Source of the DNA: Rhina ancylostomus | Taxonomy: Eukaryota | DNA: 64,000 nt | NCBI GenBank assembly: GCA_030265395.1 | Contig: JARFYF010000064.1 | Coordinates: forward strand, 17,306,451 to 17,370,450 | Reading direction: 5' to 3' | Part shown: positions 11,770 to 24,620 of the stretch, piece by piece | How positions within the stretch are numbered: position 1 is the first letter of the stretch | How the letters are laid out: every line of letters starts with the position of its first letter | Translations under genes and position numbers: made by a program | Notes under the pieces: generated by a model | What the model was told of the DNA's origin: nothing | Seen by the model: only the letters and a program-made list of their open reading frames with translations | The model's database searches: none

Positions 11770-12295
11770 GAGCCATCGTGTATTTCTTATGCTTTGTGAA
11801 GTTGTGAAGTCTTTTACACCGGGCTTCTGTGCGCTCCTGAGGTTCTCAGTGTCATCCTGAATGCTCGTCCTCCACTGTGGGAAGTCATGATCCAAGGGTT
11901 CCCAAGAGTTGATTGGGATGTTGCACTTCTTCCTAAGATGACTTGTAGAATATCCTTGAATCTTTTCCACTGTCCATCTTGTAATGTCATCTCATGACAA
12001 CTGTTTCAAAAGTCAATTATTGGGCAGGTGAATGATGTGGTCTGCCAAAGGGAACCAATTGAGTACAATCAGGGTCTTGGTGCTGGGGACGTTGCCCTGG
12101 GACAAGACACTCCTGTTGATTTACTTATTCTTTCAGGAGATTTGGAGGATTTTGCAGAGACAACATTGCTCCTATCTCTCATGATGGTGTTGGTGTGCCC
12201 ACCTTTGAACTGAATGGAAACATGGAATTGGACAGAACTGTTGCTAATGTAGTTCAGCACAATGGACAAGCAGCTCATTGAGAGATCTGCTCAAA
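11770..12295 (-). mobile_element. RTE LINE 3' fragment
   Basis: ORF 11761-11970 includes LRKKCNIPINSWEPLDHDFPQWRTSI. Confidence 0.7.
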
Positions 12296-12299
12296 GTCT

Positions 12300-12680
12300 T
12301 TTCAAAGTCAAAGTCATGTTTATTGTCATATGCACAACTACGTGTGTGCACAGGTGCAATGAAAAACTTGCAGCGGCATCGCAGGCACATAAGCAGCATT
12401 TACAAGAAAAGCATAAATTATACACAATTTTTGCAAGAAAGAACCCAATTAGAACCAAAAAAATCCATTTATGTTTGAACTATGACCACAAAAAAGTGAT
12501 CATAGTGTTGCTAAACTGTAGTGATTTGGGTTTTACTGGTTGGTTCAAGAACCGAATGGTTGAAGGGAAGTAACTGTTCTTGAACCTGGTGATGTGGGAC
12601 TTCAGGCTTCTGTACCTCTTGCCCGATGGTTGTTGCGAGAAGATAGCATGGCCCGGATAGTGGGGATCTTTGATGATCTT
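12300..12680 (-). mobile_element. Rex1/Babar 3' end
   Basis: Tail caaagtcaaagtcatgtttattgtcat. The minus strand encodes the KDPHYPGHAIFSQQPSGKRYRSLKSHITRFKNSY-like C-terminus. Confidence 0.85.
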
Positions 12681-14964
12681 TTGATTTTACCAGTCTTTTC
12701 ATTCTTTTTCTGCTGTGAGATGAAAAGTCACGGAATGTGATTTTTGAAGATACTCATTGGAGTTTATTATAACATTGTAGCCGTCATTGCAAATGATATG
12801 ATTATAATGGTGAAAGTGTACTCATTCACATTAGTTACTTAAGTGAATTTTTAAAATATCTTAACTTTTGTTTAATTCTTTTAAAAAATACTTTTGCAGT
12901 TAACCTAAGTGCATACTATTCAATACTTAACATAGAATCCTGCAATTATTAGACAAAACAGTTTCTGCAATCATTCATTTATATTAGCTGCTTTTAACTG
13001 ATTATTGTGAAATCTTGTGCAGATTTCTTTTGTGAATTTATGGCAGTGGCAGAGTTGTGATCATCAAAGGGATAAGTTGTATATTTTCTAGACTTTGGCC
13101 TCTGTCCATGAGAACTTGTGCATCTAAATGACAGCATTATGTTGCCAAGGACATTATTCACTGTGGATAATGTGTGGTTCTTTCTAAATGGGAACGAGGT
13201 GCAGTAACTTTCCATACTGCAATTACCTGACCCACTGCGAAGTCAAAGAATGTTGTAATATGCTATTGCTTAACTGTTAAGTCTTTAGCAAACCTTTGTG
13301 TCACAATTATCTTAAAATGGACCCACTGGGCATGCAGATTGGATAGGATAAACTGCAGAAATGTCTAAAACTAGAGACCTTGCCTTCATAATACTCAAGC
13401 TCTTTAAGCTTCGCAGTCTCTGGATCTGAAATGTTATCGAAGTTGAGTGTATTTGTTCCATCCCTGTACAGATAATAAAGGCAAACAAATTACAGATATC
13501 CACACAATAGAATTTGTTAAATCTATATGCAAAAGTTCAATCGTGTACTTAAAGCAGAGAAGGGGAAGGGATACAATAACCATGTTCTGCAGCATCTATT
13601 TGCTATTTATGCCCTTTGGTAAAAACATAAAATGTAATGTAGTAAATATGCATGTCTTATTTATGGGCAAATGTTCCACAGTGCGTGTACTGATCTATAA
13701 TGTTTAGGCAAAGAATAACAGAATGAACACAGTGAGTGATGGAGTGCTTATTTTAAAAGAGAATTTTCCTTGAAACAAAATTTTTGCACTGAATTGGTGA
13801 TGCTGCATTTATCACTGCACTTGAGAGCTTCACAGCTGGTTCTTAAAACACATAAACTGTTGCAAATGGAGTGCTTTATTTTGTTAAGCATTCTTGTGTG
13901 CAGGCGAGAAATTATTGTTTTAATCTGAAAAATTTATAACTATAGTTTGTAAGTATGCTTCAGCCTGTAGCATCGTATCATGTTAAATCTACAATTTGTA
14001 AATATCATGTTTATGCAACTAGGCATAACACTTTTTCCAACAATGGTAGCAAATCAATAATTGCATAATAGATCAAGCTTTTTCATTTTTTAATAGGCTA
14101 TTCATTCAAGGTAGTCAGATTATAAAGTGTTTGATATCTCTATAACACCCTTTATGTATTTTTTGTGAATTGTAAACAAATCAAGTGAAAATCAATATTT
14201 ATCTTTTCAACACCTCTACCTCAGCTGAATTGGATCAAAGCATTGCTGCATCATTAGTTTAAATAGTTAAGAATATGACCGTAACAGCCTTTAAATGATA
14301 TTGAGTCATATTAACTCCACTATAAATATCGATATATGGGGATTTACTCTTAAATGTCTCGATGCAATTAATAAAAAAACTTGCTTGAGTAAGTATAAAA
14401 ACTACTTGAGATTTTTTGGTATTCCTGAAGTAATTTTTAGAAAAACATGTAAATTGGTCCACATGACTGTATTCTTCAATTGTACAATTTAAGATGTTTA
14501 TGTTAACCTCAAATTCTGGAATACCTGACTCAAAATAACTGCTTGTAAATAACCAGTTGTATTCTGCGCATCATAAGCACATTAACTGAATGCTACCATG
14601 ACTTGAGACATTTCTCTTCAGCACCAAGACACCTCATGACTTTGTGTCATACAGCACAGAAGGTGGTCAATTGACCTGTCATGGTTTTGCTGGCTGTTTG
14701 AAGGAGATGTCCAATTTAGTCTTGCAACCAATTTTTTTTCCCCACAGACCTGCAAATGAATGCCCTTTGAGTGTCTAGTTGCTTATTGAAAGTTAATGTG
14801 CAATCTGTACCACACCATCCCTTTATTTGTCCTGATAAATTGACGCAAACATTTGGAATTTTAAAATATGCTTTATCTCCTCCAATTCACCTGCTGGTTT
14901 TGGGGTAAATTAGAACCAATTGGATCAAGTTATTATTATAATGCACATAATAAGGAAAATATGA

Positions 14965-15300
14965 TTTTGGGAGGATGTTCCCCAGGGCTGGACAGTCCAA
15001 CGCAATGGGCAGCAACCTCAGGATAGGGGGAATGCCATTTAGAACCAAGATTAAGAGAATTTTTTCATCCAGATGGTGGTGTATTTGTCGAATTCCCTAC
15101 CACAGGAGGCAATGAAGGCCAAGTCGTTATCTCCAGGGTGGAAGTAGATATATTTCTTAATGCAAAAGGGATCAAGGGAAATGAGGAGAAGGTGGAACAT
15201 AGTACTTGAAGTGAATGATGTACCATGATCATGTTGAATGGTGGAACAAGCATGAAGGGCTGAATGGCCTACTCATGCTATTTTTTTGTATTTCTATGTA
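14965..15300 (+). mobile_element. CR1 3' fragment
   Basis: aggatgttcccc...agagaatttttt catccagatggtggtg...aagggctgaatggcctactc tail. Confidence 0.75.
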
Positions 15301-15314
15301 TAACTTTAAAGTGA

Positions 15315-15480
15315 AAAAATACTGCATATGTTATTAATGTGAAGTGAAGTCAAAACACTGCAAAGGCTGCAGGTCGGACAGCATTTGTGAAGGGAGAAAC
15401 AGTTGACATTTCAGAACGTTTTGTCAGAAAGGTTTCATTCTCCATGTTCTCCTGAGTGTTTGCAATGATTTCTGTTGATA
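15315..15480. mobile_element. PLE terminal-repeat remnant, apparently two inverted pieces
   Basis: caggtcggacagcatttgtgaagggagaaacagttgacatttcag, then opposite-orientation ctcctgagtgtttgcaatgatttctg. Confidence 0.55.
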
Positions 15481-15914
15481 AGATTTTAAGAATTGATTTT
15501 GTTATTGATTTCAAATGTAGGAAAATAGAATTAGGACTTTAAACTTCAGAACTAAGTGCCAGTTCCAATTAAGCAAAAATATTGCATATTGGTTTTCCTA
15601 AAATTTAATTCCTTTCTCAACATCAAGTAGTGACTCAACCAAAAACCTATCCAATCTTGCCGAGCTAACTATCCATGTATATGCACTGGGGTGGTGATTT
15701 TTAACAAGGTGCTCAAATATTTCTTGATCATCAATCCCTTGAGCCATTCCCACTATAAATACTTACCCCATATCAACTGATGTTGTGATTTCTTCCTTCT
15801 CAGAAACTTCCTTACCCTCACAAAACTACCACCTTAAAATACACGCTTGAACATGTTCCCGTGCAGGATGATCATTTATAATGTGTCCATTATTTTCTGA
15901 GATTCTCAGATGGC

Positions 15915-16218
15915 TGGGGCAGCACGGTGACACAAGCTGGTCGAGCTGCTGCTTCACATCTCCAGTGACCTGGGTTCAATCCTGACCTCCAGTGTATGGA
16001 ACTTGCATCTTCTCACTGTGGCTGCAATAGGTTTCCTCCCACATCCCAAATATGCACAGGCTGGTAAGTTGATTAGCTTCTGTGAGTTGCCCCTAGTTCG
16101 TTGGTGAGTAGTAGAATCTGGAAGGAGTTGATGGAAAGGTGTAAATAGGTGCTTGATGGTTGGCACCGATTCAATGGGCTGAAGGGCCTGTTTCCATGTT
16201 AGGAGATTCAATGACTCT
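15915..16218 (+). mobile_element. HE1-like V-SINE (tRNA head, CR1/HER1 tail)
   Basis: A-box-like gcacggtgacaca, B-box GGTTCAATCC, V-core ggtttcctcccacatcccaaa, tail atgggctgaagggcctgtttcc. Confidence 0.85.
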
Positions 16219-16239
16219 CAGATCAATGCTATCTTCTTT

Positions 16240-16547
16240 TAGGGCACGTACCACCAGACTTAAGGACAGCTTCTACCCCACTGTGATAAGACTATGGAAC
16301 AGTTCCCTTATACGATGAGATGGACTATGACCTCATGATCTACCTTGTGACCTTGTTGCACTGCACTTTCTCTGTAGCTGTGACACTTTACTCTGTACTG
16401 TTATTATTTTTACCTGTACTACATCAATGGACTCTGTACTAACTCATTGTAACTGCACTGTGTAATGAATTAACCTGTACGATCAGTATGCAAGACAAGT
16501 TTTTCACTGCACCTCAGTTCAAGTGATAATAATAAACCAGTACCAAT
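16240..16547 (+). mobile_element. Rex1/Babar 3' end
   Basis: taccaccagacttaaggacagcttctaccc (TTRLKDSFYP) to tail tttttcactgcacctc...aataataaaccagtaccaata. Confidence 0.85.
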
Positions 16548-19500
16548 AGTTATACACTTGAATGCATTCAGTCCTTTACCAGCACCAGAACAATCTTCAC
16601 TGAAATCATGAACTGTTGTCACCTTAACTTGGCCCTTGTCCATTATCCCTCACTCTCTACCCCATCCCTTTATTTGAGCTGGGTTCTTTCCATTCCTCCC
16701 ATTGCAGTCCAGTTTGGAAGATCCATCGCTGCCCGGTTGCTGTCTTACCTTTCCATCTGTTAGAGTCAGAAAGGTCTGCTCTTCAGTGACTACATTGCCA
16801 CCTCTCTGCTTGTTCGTCCAAGGTAATGTTCCTGGCACAGGCAGTGGTGTACTGATCACAAAGAAGACTGCTGATCACTGTCAGTCTGGCCATTGAGTTT
16901 TCTTCAGTTAAGTTTTCTTCAGACTTCTCAGCCCCAGATTTCAATGAAAAATCACTTTATCCATAGGAATATTGGAAAGATGGAATACTTGTTCCCGATC
17001 TGTCCCATAAACTCTGTAATCTCACCATCAACTCCATCCCATTCTCAGAGCACCACCTCAAGCCAAACCACCACAGCATTCTATTCATCCTGAAATTAAG
17101 TTGCCAATCCAACAACCTCTGTGATATTGAAAGATTTTAAAAAACTATTCAATCAAACTAAGTAATCAAAAAGATTAGTATAACAAATTGAAAACTAATC
17201 TAACCTCCATAAAACACGTAATAAAATAATAATTTAAATCTTAATGAATTAAAATAATTAAAAACATTACACTGAAGCAAAATAATTTCAAAACATAACT
17301 TACTTTCTCTAAAGTCTGAAAGCAATGGCATTTTGGATCCTGTGCCAGGCCTGGCCTTGGGTAGAGTTGCAATTTCCCAATGTAATTCTAGACAATCCCA
17401 GAAAGGCTGGTTCAGCTCCATTTGAAGAGCACTGGCAAGGCAAACTGATGACTTTGGATCCCAAATCAGTATGTCTGAGAGCCAAAATTTTGAGATGCCA
17501 ATGTCGGTGTTGGGGAATCTCAGCAGGCTGATGTCTTAGTGTGATCCAGTGATGAAGTATAGCCAGGAAATGGATGATACGGCTTGTTCTGTATGTTTGG
17601 ACTTCTGTATTTGCATGGGGGTCCAAAGACTTGCTGTCCAGTCTGAGAAATGACAATGTTTCTGTGGAGAAGCATTAGCCAGACCCAGCAAAATCCAGGC
17701 CAACGGAATTGACATTGAAACTGGAGAAAAGCCACAGAACTTGCAAGTTTGCACTCATTTATGTTTGAAGGTATAAACTGAGCAGTTTCTGTCAAAGGGA
17801 GCAATAAACTATCAATGTGACTGCAAGTTTCAAATAATTCCTGTCATCTCCACTTTGAAGTAAGCCATTAAATTATGATGAAAGCGAAAGCTTATATAAG
17901 AGAGTATTGTAGTAACATGCAGCTAGAATATTTTACAATCATTTATGCTCTCAGATAACTAAGATTAAAATGTTTGAGTGTTCAGTTTTGTGTTCCATGT
18001 GAGATTTTCAACTGTTGTCACTCTTTCCCATTATTACTAGATTGTCATTTTAGTCCTGTAAGACAGTTATTACAGTTATTTTTCTTATTAGGTCATAGAA
18101 TTTTAAACTGGTAATTCAAACATTATTGTTTCATTAATTTTAAAATCATCCTTCTGAAACTGACAGTGATTTGCTTAGTGAGTTGTATTAACTACTGGTT
18201 TGCCCAATTCATGAAAGATTATCTTGCGTAAATGTACAGAGGTAGCATAAAAATAGTCCAAACTCTATTTAGATAATACTTTATTTCATAACTGCTCACT
18301 GTTATTTTGACACTTAATATCATGACATATGCAAGCATTCTATCATATCAGTCCCAAGCCATCAATGTTTATGATGTTTTATGTCTTTTTTATGAGTTTT
18401 AAAAACTCCCCAGCTTCCAGTCCTAGGTTGGAGAATGTAAATGCAGCAGTTGTGAGTACTATCAAGACCTCACATGCGGAACAGTCATTATTTAGAATTG
18501 TTTCCCCTCATATCTATTATGGAATTAATTGTATCTTAAAATCATTTGAGGATTCTGATTGGGTTCTGCTTTTTGTTTGACTGACTGACAGAAGCAGCAG
18601 TTCTAAAACTGAAGTAGAACTCTTAATTTATTGATTCAGAGAACTTCTGAATACTTGCTGAAGGTTTTATCAGTTTTTGTGCCTACAATACAACTGGATC
18701 CATAGGGACATTATACTCATATTAACTGTAGTAGTTACAACAGTCCTAAACAATGTTCATCGCACTAGCATTCAATGCTACTTGTAATGAGAAAATGTTG
18801 AAAGACCTGGTTTATCTTTTAGCCCTTCTAAATACAGTTCAGTTACTTCTTGATGGATTTTATTCCATGAAGGTTATTAAGCTTCTATGTGCACTACATT
18901 TGCAATTACTTTTCAGTGCAAAGTGCTGCATATTGTGCCACTTAAGTTTTAGAATTGCGTTCTTTCCTTAATGCTGCAGTTGTGTGGAAGTCCTTGTGTA
19001 GAATTCCCTGCTGAGCTATTTGAGCTTGTTGGCTCTCATTCTTTGTTAAGATACAAAATAAGTTCTTTTAGCTAACTCAATTTTGGCACTGTTGACATGT
19101 GAGTATTGAAAGCTCCTTTCTGGTCCTTCTTCCCTGTATTCATCTTTTTTCCCATATAGTTTCCTGTCTGACTGTAGTGTATTTTTTTCAACAAATGTGT
19201 GTTTTCAGCCTCTTTGACCTCATCATCTGCAAAGTCAAAGTGTTAATAAAGCTCTGCAGACATCATAATGACAGGGTTAAATTAAGTCTTCATGTGCTGT
19301 CCATTAAGTTGAATCTCTTGTTTGTCACATTCAGCAGTTATATGGATGCATCGTGTCTTGTTTGTGGGCAACTGGGCAGACAGGCTTTGTCTCTGTTCAT
19401 CATACCGGTTAATTCTTTCCCTCAAGTCATTAATCATCACCTCAACTATTTATACCAATGGCAAGTATAGCTAACACTGTTAATGTTCCCTTTTGTCTCT

Positions 19501-20699
19501 TGTTACTGTCTGCTCTACTGTTGATTACAGCCTCCTAAATTCTGTTTGCTCTCAAAATCAGCAGAACAGTGAACGTTGGACCATTTTCAGAATAGTGTTA
19601 AAGTGGTTGAAAGCCCTGATTTATGCAGTCATGATGATACTATTTGCACCTGAATGGCAGGTACATCAACATCTCCTTGTTACTGCAGCAAAGAGAGACA
19701 GTCATGTCTTTGTTCTCCACCCAACCCACTTGGGACTTGGCAGATCGTTGATGGATATTATTATTTCTGATGTCAATAAAAATGTGTGGTGCCAAAGTAA
19801 AAGCTCTCATATTTTTTCCTGAGTGTTGAATCACTTAGTTTAGTTTTGAGATACTTAGAAATCTGAGGAGGAAGGTTCTGAAACCCTGGCATAAACAAGT
19901 TTAAAATTAACATCATCATCAGTTGCTGAAATGCAATGAAAACAGTGGCTCATTGGTAATTGAGAAGCATGTGGCGCTGTCAGCAGGTGATGAGAGACAG
20001 ACACACCTGACTGACAGTGTGACAGAGAGCAGAGACAGGGCCCCATCCAAGCACTCTCTCAGCCAGAGTGATGAGCCCTCTGGAACACAAATTGTGAATT
20101 ATCAGANNNNNNNNNNATCAGAGGGCTAGATGAGATGAGGTCGCGGAAGGCTGCCAGACAGTGTGTAACATGCTACAAATTTCTTTCAGCACTTAGTATT
20201 CCACCATGCAAAGCCCTCAGTATTAAGCGCACAGAACGGCTTATATCCTGCAGAGGGATGATAGATATGTCATATCTATGAAAAATTGTTTTTCTTCTGC
20301 AGGTGTATGGATTTTTTAAAAAAGCAGACTGCACATATGACACTTTTCAACACTCTTTCCAATAGCAGTTTGGCGTCCAATCCCTATCAAAGAAGAAATC
20401 TTTCACGTGCAATTACAGCACAAAATAAAGGTGATGAAGTGTTGTGTACAAAGAAAGGAGAGATCAAAGAGCTGTAGTGAAAACTGATTACAATAAAAAG
20501 AATCCAACCAAGAGACTGGGAATTTCTGAAGTCCAGTAAAGTCATTGCCTTCATGGAATGCTTTCTGTTTTCTCAATAGCCTTACAGAGGAATAAAATAC
20601 TTTTTAATAGAAACGGCAATACTTACTTGAAATTCAAGTAGTTACATTTTCCCCAGGGAGTGGTTATTTAAATCAAACTACTTGTGCATAATGAAACTG

Positions 20700-20885
20700 A
20701 GGACCCAAGTTTCCAACCTTCGAATGATCGTCACGTACTGTCGGTTTGCACACGTGACGAAGGAACAATCTGAATGTGAGCAGATGGCATTCATTCAAAG
20801 ATGCTACAAACCGGTTGGAAAAATTAATGCCGGAGTAATCTAATGTGAATGATCCCGGTTTCGACTTCCTTTTAAACGATGACAA
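20700..20885. promoter_or_regulatory. CpG-rich candidate enhancer with inverted E-box/HRE-like pair
   Basis: 11 CpGs in ~185 bp. TCGTCACGT (20728-20736) and ACGTGACGA (20752-20760) form a perfect inverted repeat. CACGTG at 20751-20756. Confidence 0.35.
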
Positions 20886-21409
20886 AACCAGCAGTTCTCA
20901 AAAGGTTCATGCTAGTTAAGTTTTTATTAATACCATTGTACAATAGAATTATTAATAATGAATGCACATTTCAGACAGAATTGTTCATTGCTGCTACTGA
21001 AATCAAAAGATGTGCAACAATATAAATTATTGACAGTTGTGGGAATGTGTTTATCAAGGTAGGGTTGCGTGAAGGCATTGAACACATGATCCCTCCAGTA
21101 TGACGACCAAGCTCAAAATCTTGTGACTACTTGATAAATTATTTAACAATATGCAGTGTGCCGCATTTTGTATTGACTGACCCCCCCCCTCTATCTTTCA
21201 CCTTTGTTGATACACAAGGAGGTTAGAAGGAAAATTAAAGCTTGTTGTGTTGGTACCAAATTACCTGATGCACTGGTTTATCAGAGGCAAAAGATGCAGA
21301 GAAAGTTCCTGAAAGATCTTTGTTGGGTTACGGGAGACTGAGCTGAGTCCGGCCCTCTTGTCACCCTCTGTCCTCATCCTTGGCCGCTCTCTGTTCTCGG
21401 CCACCCTCT

Positions 21410-21540
21410 GTCATAGGGGAGTACAGTGCGGAAACAGGCCCTTCAGCCCAACTCGTCCACGGTAACCAAGGCGCCATCGAACCTCGTCCCATTTGGCCTA
21501 TATCCCTTGAAACCTTTGCTATCCATGGCCTTATCCAAAA
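21410..21540 (-). mobile_element. CR1/HER1 3' tail
   Basis: gtacagtgcggaaacaggcccttcagcccaactcgtcc...gtcccatttggcctatatccct. Confidence 0.8.
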
Positions 21541-21634
21541 TACGCATCCTTGCCTGCCCCTGCCTCATCCCTCCATCCTTGTCCCCTCTCAGTCACTGGT
21601 TCCTCAACTGTGCTCACCTCCTCCATCCTTGTCT

Positions 21635-21719
21635 GGGCTGGGTGTGGTGGGCCAATAGAGTAGAGCGTCTGCGTCAGGGAGGTGTCCACACATGGCAATA
21701 CCAGATCTCAGTGGTGAGT
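21635..21719 (+). promoter_or_regulatory. Candidate promoter plus short first exon
   Basis: GT-box GGGTGTGG 21640-21647, CCAAT 21652-21656, TGCGTCA 21670-21676, ATG 21692, donor GTG|GTGAGT at 21713/21714, all within a locally GC-rich stretch. Confidence 0.3.
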
Positions 21720-23086
21720 GGACCACTGGTGGTGTTCTGCTGAGGACCCCTGAACAGACTGAAAGCCTTTGACAGGAGGTAGAGATGGAGCTGTGCCTTT
21801 GCTGTAACTCAAAACATTTTATATACTGATGATCAGAGACTTCTAAAAATAAAATTAGTTAAAAGTGTATTACAAGAAATAATTTAAAAAGTAAAGAAAT
21901 TAAGTAAAAAAAAGGTGCACTTTTTTTGCTCAGGTCTAGTTCCTTCTAAAGCTCCAGTTAAGTTTTGATACTTGACATAGGATCGGAGAGGCAGGTTCCC
22001 AGACTGATGCTGATATAGCTCAGCAAGGTAGGGCTCTGCTGTTGGACTACATGTGAAGCCCAGCCTTGGAGCAGATGCCCACCACATCCCAGGGTCTGTG
22101 TAAATCCAGGACTTGCATGGGACCAGCTGAGTGCAGGTAGTTCCTTTCGAGCCCCATCGTCACAACCTGCACAGTACAGGCCGATACAACCCGATATTGT
22201 TTGTACAAAACACACATTTTTCTGTTGACACCAAACTAGCTCGCCAGCTGGATTTAACAAAGATTTATGATGGTCAAAGGGATATGAACCCATGAAGTGC
22301 ATCACAGATGGATGTTGAGATAGGGAAATGAATGTCGTAAACATTAAACACAGAACACACATAATGAAGAGATGGTAAGAGTCATTTACTAAAAATATCC
22401 CTTAAATGTGCACATTATTATTGAAGTCTGTAGCAGTTGGATACATTTCAAAGTCATTTGATTAAGTCCAACAAAGATATCCTAAAGTTATAGAGAACAT
22501 TTTCAAAGTTGTAGATAGATTTTGGCACATGCTATGGAAGCGCAGTAGATATATTGAACACAATACAGCCAGAGCCATCTAACATTGTGTTGATTTAACA
22601 TCGTAAGCAAAGAACTGAATGCAGATCTGATGAAACAGAATTGAAGGTTCAAAGACTAATTATAGATTGAGATGAATGAATTCTGAATGGAAAAGCTGTG
22701 TATCCTGAACATCTGGGAGTATGGAAAGGTAACACTGGGGAAGTTAACTAATCACGGGTAGTGAAGGACTAGGTAAGTTTAGATAAATGTTGTTGATTTT
22801 ATTTTTGATCTACCTTTTCAAGGACAATCTTTGGAGAATGTTACATCAAGAGACTAAGTGAGGTGAAAGAGCAGCTTATATTTAGTCTTAGATCTAAATA
22901 ATAATGTATAATCATGCAAATGTTAAAGTGCTTGATATTATAAAGAGTAAGTATTGCTGTAGAAAGAGTGTTCCTATTTTTATGGTGTGTCCATAATTTT
23001 CAGTGTAAACTAACAATATAACATATAATGGTAGGTTGTGATGTTTGAGGAGAAAATGGATCATCTAATGTGGTACTAAGCCACAT

Positions 23087-23420
23087 TGGAATTGGTTTAT
23101 TATTGTCACTTGTACTAAGGTACAGTGAAAAACTTGTCTTGCATACTGTTCATACAGATCAATTCATTACACAGGCACTAAGGTAGTACAAGGTAAAACA
23201 ATACAGAACGCAGAGACAGTGCAGCACAGTGCAGGTCAACAATAAGGTGCAAGGTCATAATGAGGGAGATTGTGAGGTCAAGAGTCAATCTTATCGTACT
23301 AGGGAACCGTTCAATAGTCTTAAAACAGTGGGATAGAAGCTGTCCTTGAGCCTGGTGGTATGTGTTTTCAGGCTTTTGTATCTTCTGCCTGATGGGAGAG
23401 GGGAGAAGAGAGAATGCCCC
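23087..23420 (-). mobile_element. Rex1/Babar 3' end
   Basis: Tail ggaattggtttattattgtcacttgtac...cagtgaaaaac. The minus strand encodes HSLFSPLPSGRRYKSLKTHTTRLKDSFYP. Confidence 0.88.
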
Positions 23421-23475
23421 ATAAACAACACATTTTATGACATATAAGTCAGTGATAATAAACTTGATTCTAATT
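23421..23475 (+). mobile_element. Rex1/Babar tail fragment, opposite orientation, abutting the previous copy
   Basis: aacaacacattttatgacatataagtcagtgataataaacttgattct. Confidence 0.65.
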
Positions 23476-24039
23476 AACAAAGTCACAAACATATAACAAA
23501 GTTTGCCATCTCAACAATATGGATGGTGGTGATACAGTCTTAGATTCCCTTGCAGAGAAAATCAGTTGTTTCCCCTTAATGGACTGTAGACCATTGATCA
23601 CTATTGGAAAGTGTACAGAGCAAAAGCAGCAACAACAGTGCCCTTAACCTAGCAAAATTCCTCGGATGCTTCATGGAAAATTCTTCCCTCAAAATGCTGC
23701 TCCCCATCCCTCCATCCCTCCCTCCAACACCAAAGGATATTATGTGTACAAAAATGCACCAGCACTAAGTGTCCAATGACTGCTTGGACACCTGCTGCAT
23801 TAGTACGTTCATTTTAAGCTGCTTTTATTCGAGTTTTTTTTTTAATGCTGTTTTTTAAAAAATGTGTTCTGCACCCTGATCTGTGGAGTACGGTATTTCG
23901 CTCCTATGCATGATAAATGTGTATATGGAAGTGACAATAAAACTGATTCTGATACCAACAGTATATCACACCAAGAACATGAACAATACCCAGATCACAC
24001 TGACGTACAAATATCCATCAGCCCTTTCATTTTCTCTCC

Positions 24040-24220
24040 ATCCCTCTCCCCGATTATGGACATTTCCCTGTGATCTACACCTCCCCCCTCATCATGTAAC
24101 TGATGTGTTTCTTTTGAAAGGTCACAGAAGTGAAGTGTTAATTTTCTCTGACACTGGCTGACTTGCCGAGCACATCCAGCGTCTTCCATTTATATATCAA
24201 TTTCTGGGATCTACGGTACA
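24040..24220 (+). mobile_element. Degenerate PLE terminal repeat
   Basis: gaaaggtcacagaagtgaagtgttaa...ctggctgacttgccgagcacatccagc. Confidence 0.45.
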
Positions 24221-24249
24221 TTAGTTGGCGTGATTTCCAGGTATATCTG

Positions 24250-24620
24250 CAGTGGGCTGTGGTCAGCTTGGCTGTTTTGTACCCATGAGGCTCGGATGCA
24301 AGTCAGAGAACAGAATTGAGGCGTTTGAGAGATGCTGCTTTCAAAGACCCAGACCACCAGCGAGTTCGTCAGGCAGTAGGTCACCTACGGACTGCTGTTG
24401 AGAGACTGTGCCACGAAGGAAGCCGCAATGGACTCATCCAGTTACAAAGCAGTTACTACTACAATACAAAGCACTGTAGAGGAAAAGCAGAGGTAGGGCC
24501 AAACAGAATTGGGAAACCGGTATCAGGAAGTGGACAGGCTTCAAGTGATGGAATGCGTGAAGTACACCAAAGGCAGAGGGAGTAGGAGGTAGATGCCCAA
24601 GCCACAGGTCCAGTTGCCTT
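24250..24620 (+). mobile_element. Second, distinct RTE-clade LINE 3' fragment
   Basis: ENRIEAFERCCFQR (cf. RIDAFE.WC.RR), TTIQSTVEEKQR*G (cf. ILQG.VEGKR.RGR) and IRKWTG. Confidence 0.55.

Noticed and set aside
20303-20500. Strong acceptor followed by AATAAA signals, as a terminal exon
   Set aside because: Short unrecognised peptides and no linked upstream exon. Such signals are common in AT-rich DNA.
21884-22362. Overlapping minus-strand ORFs (134 aa and 67 aa)
   Set aside because: No recognisable domain or consistent splice boundaries, and the length is compatible with chance.
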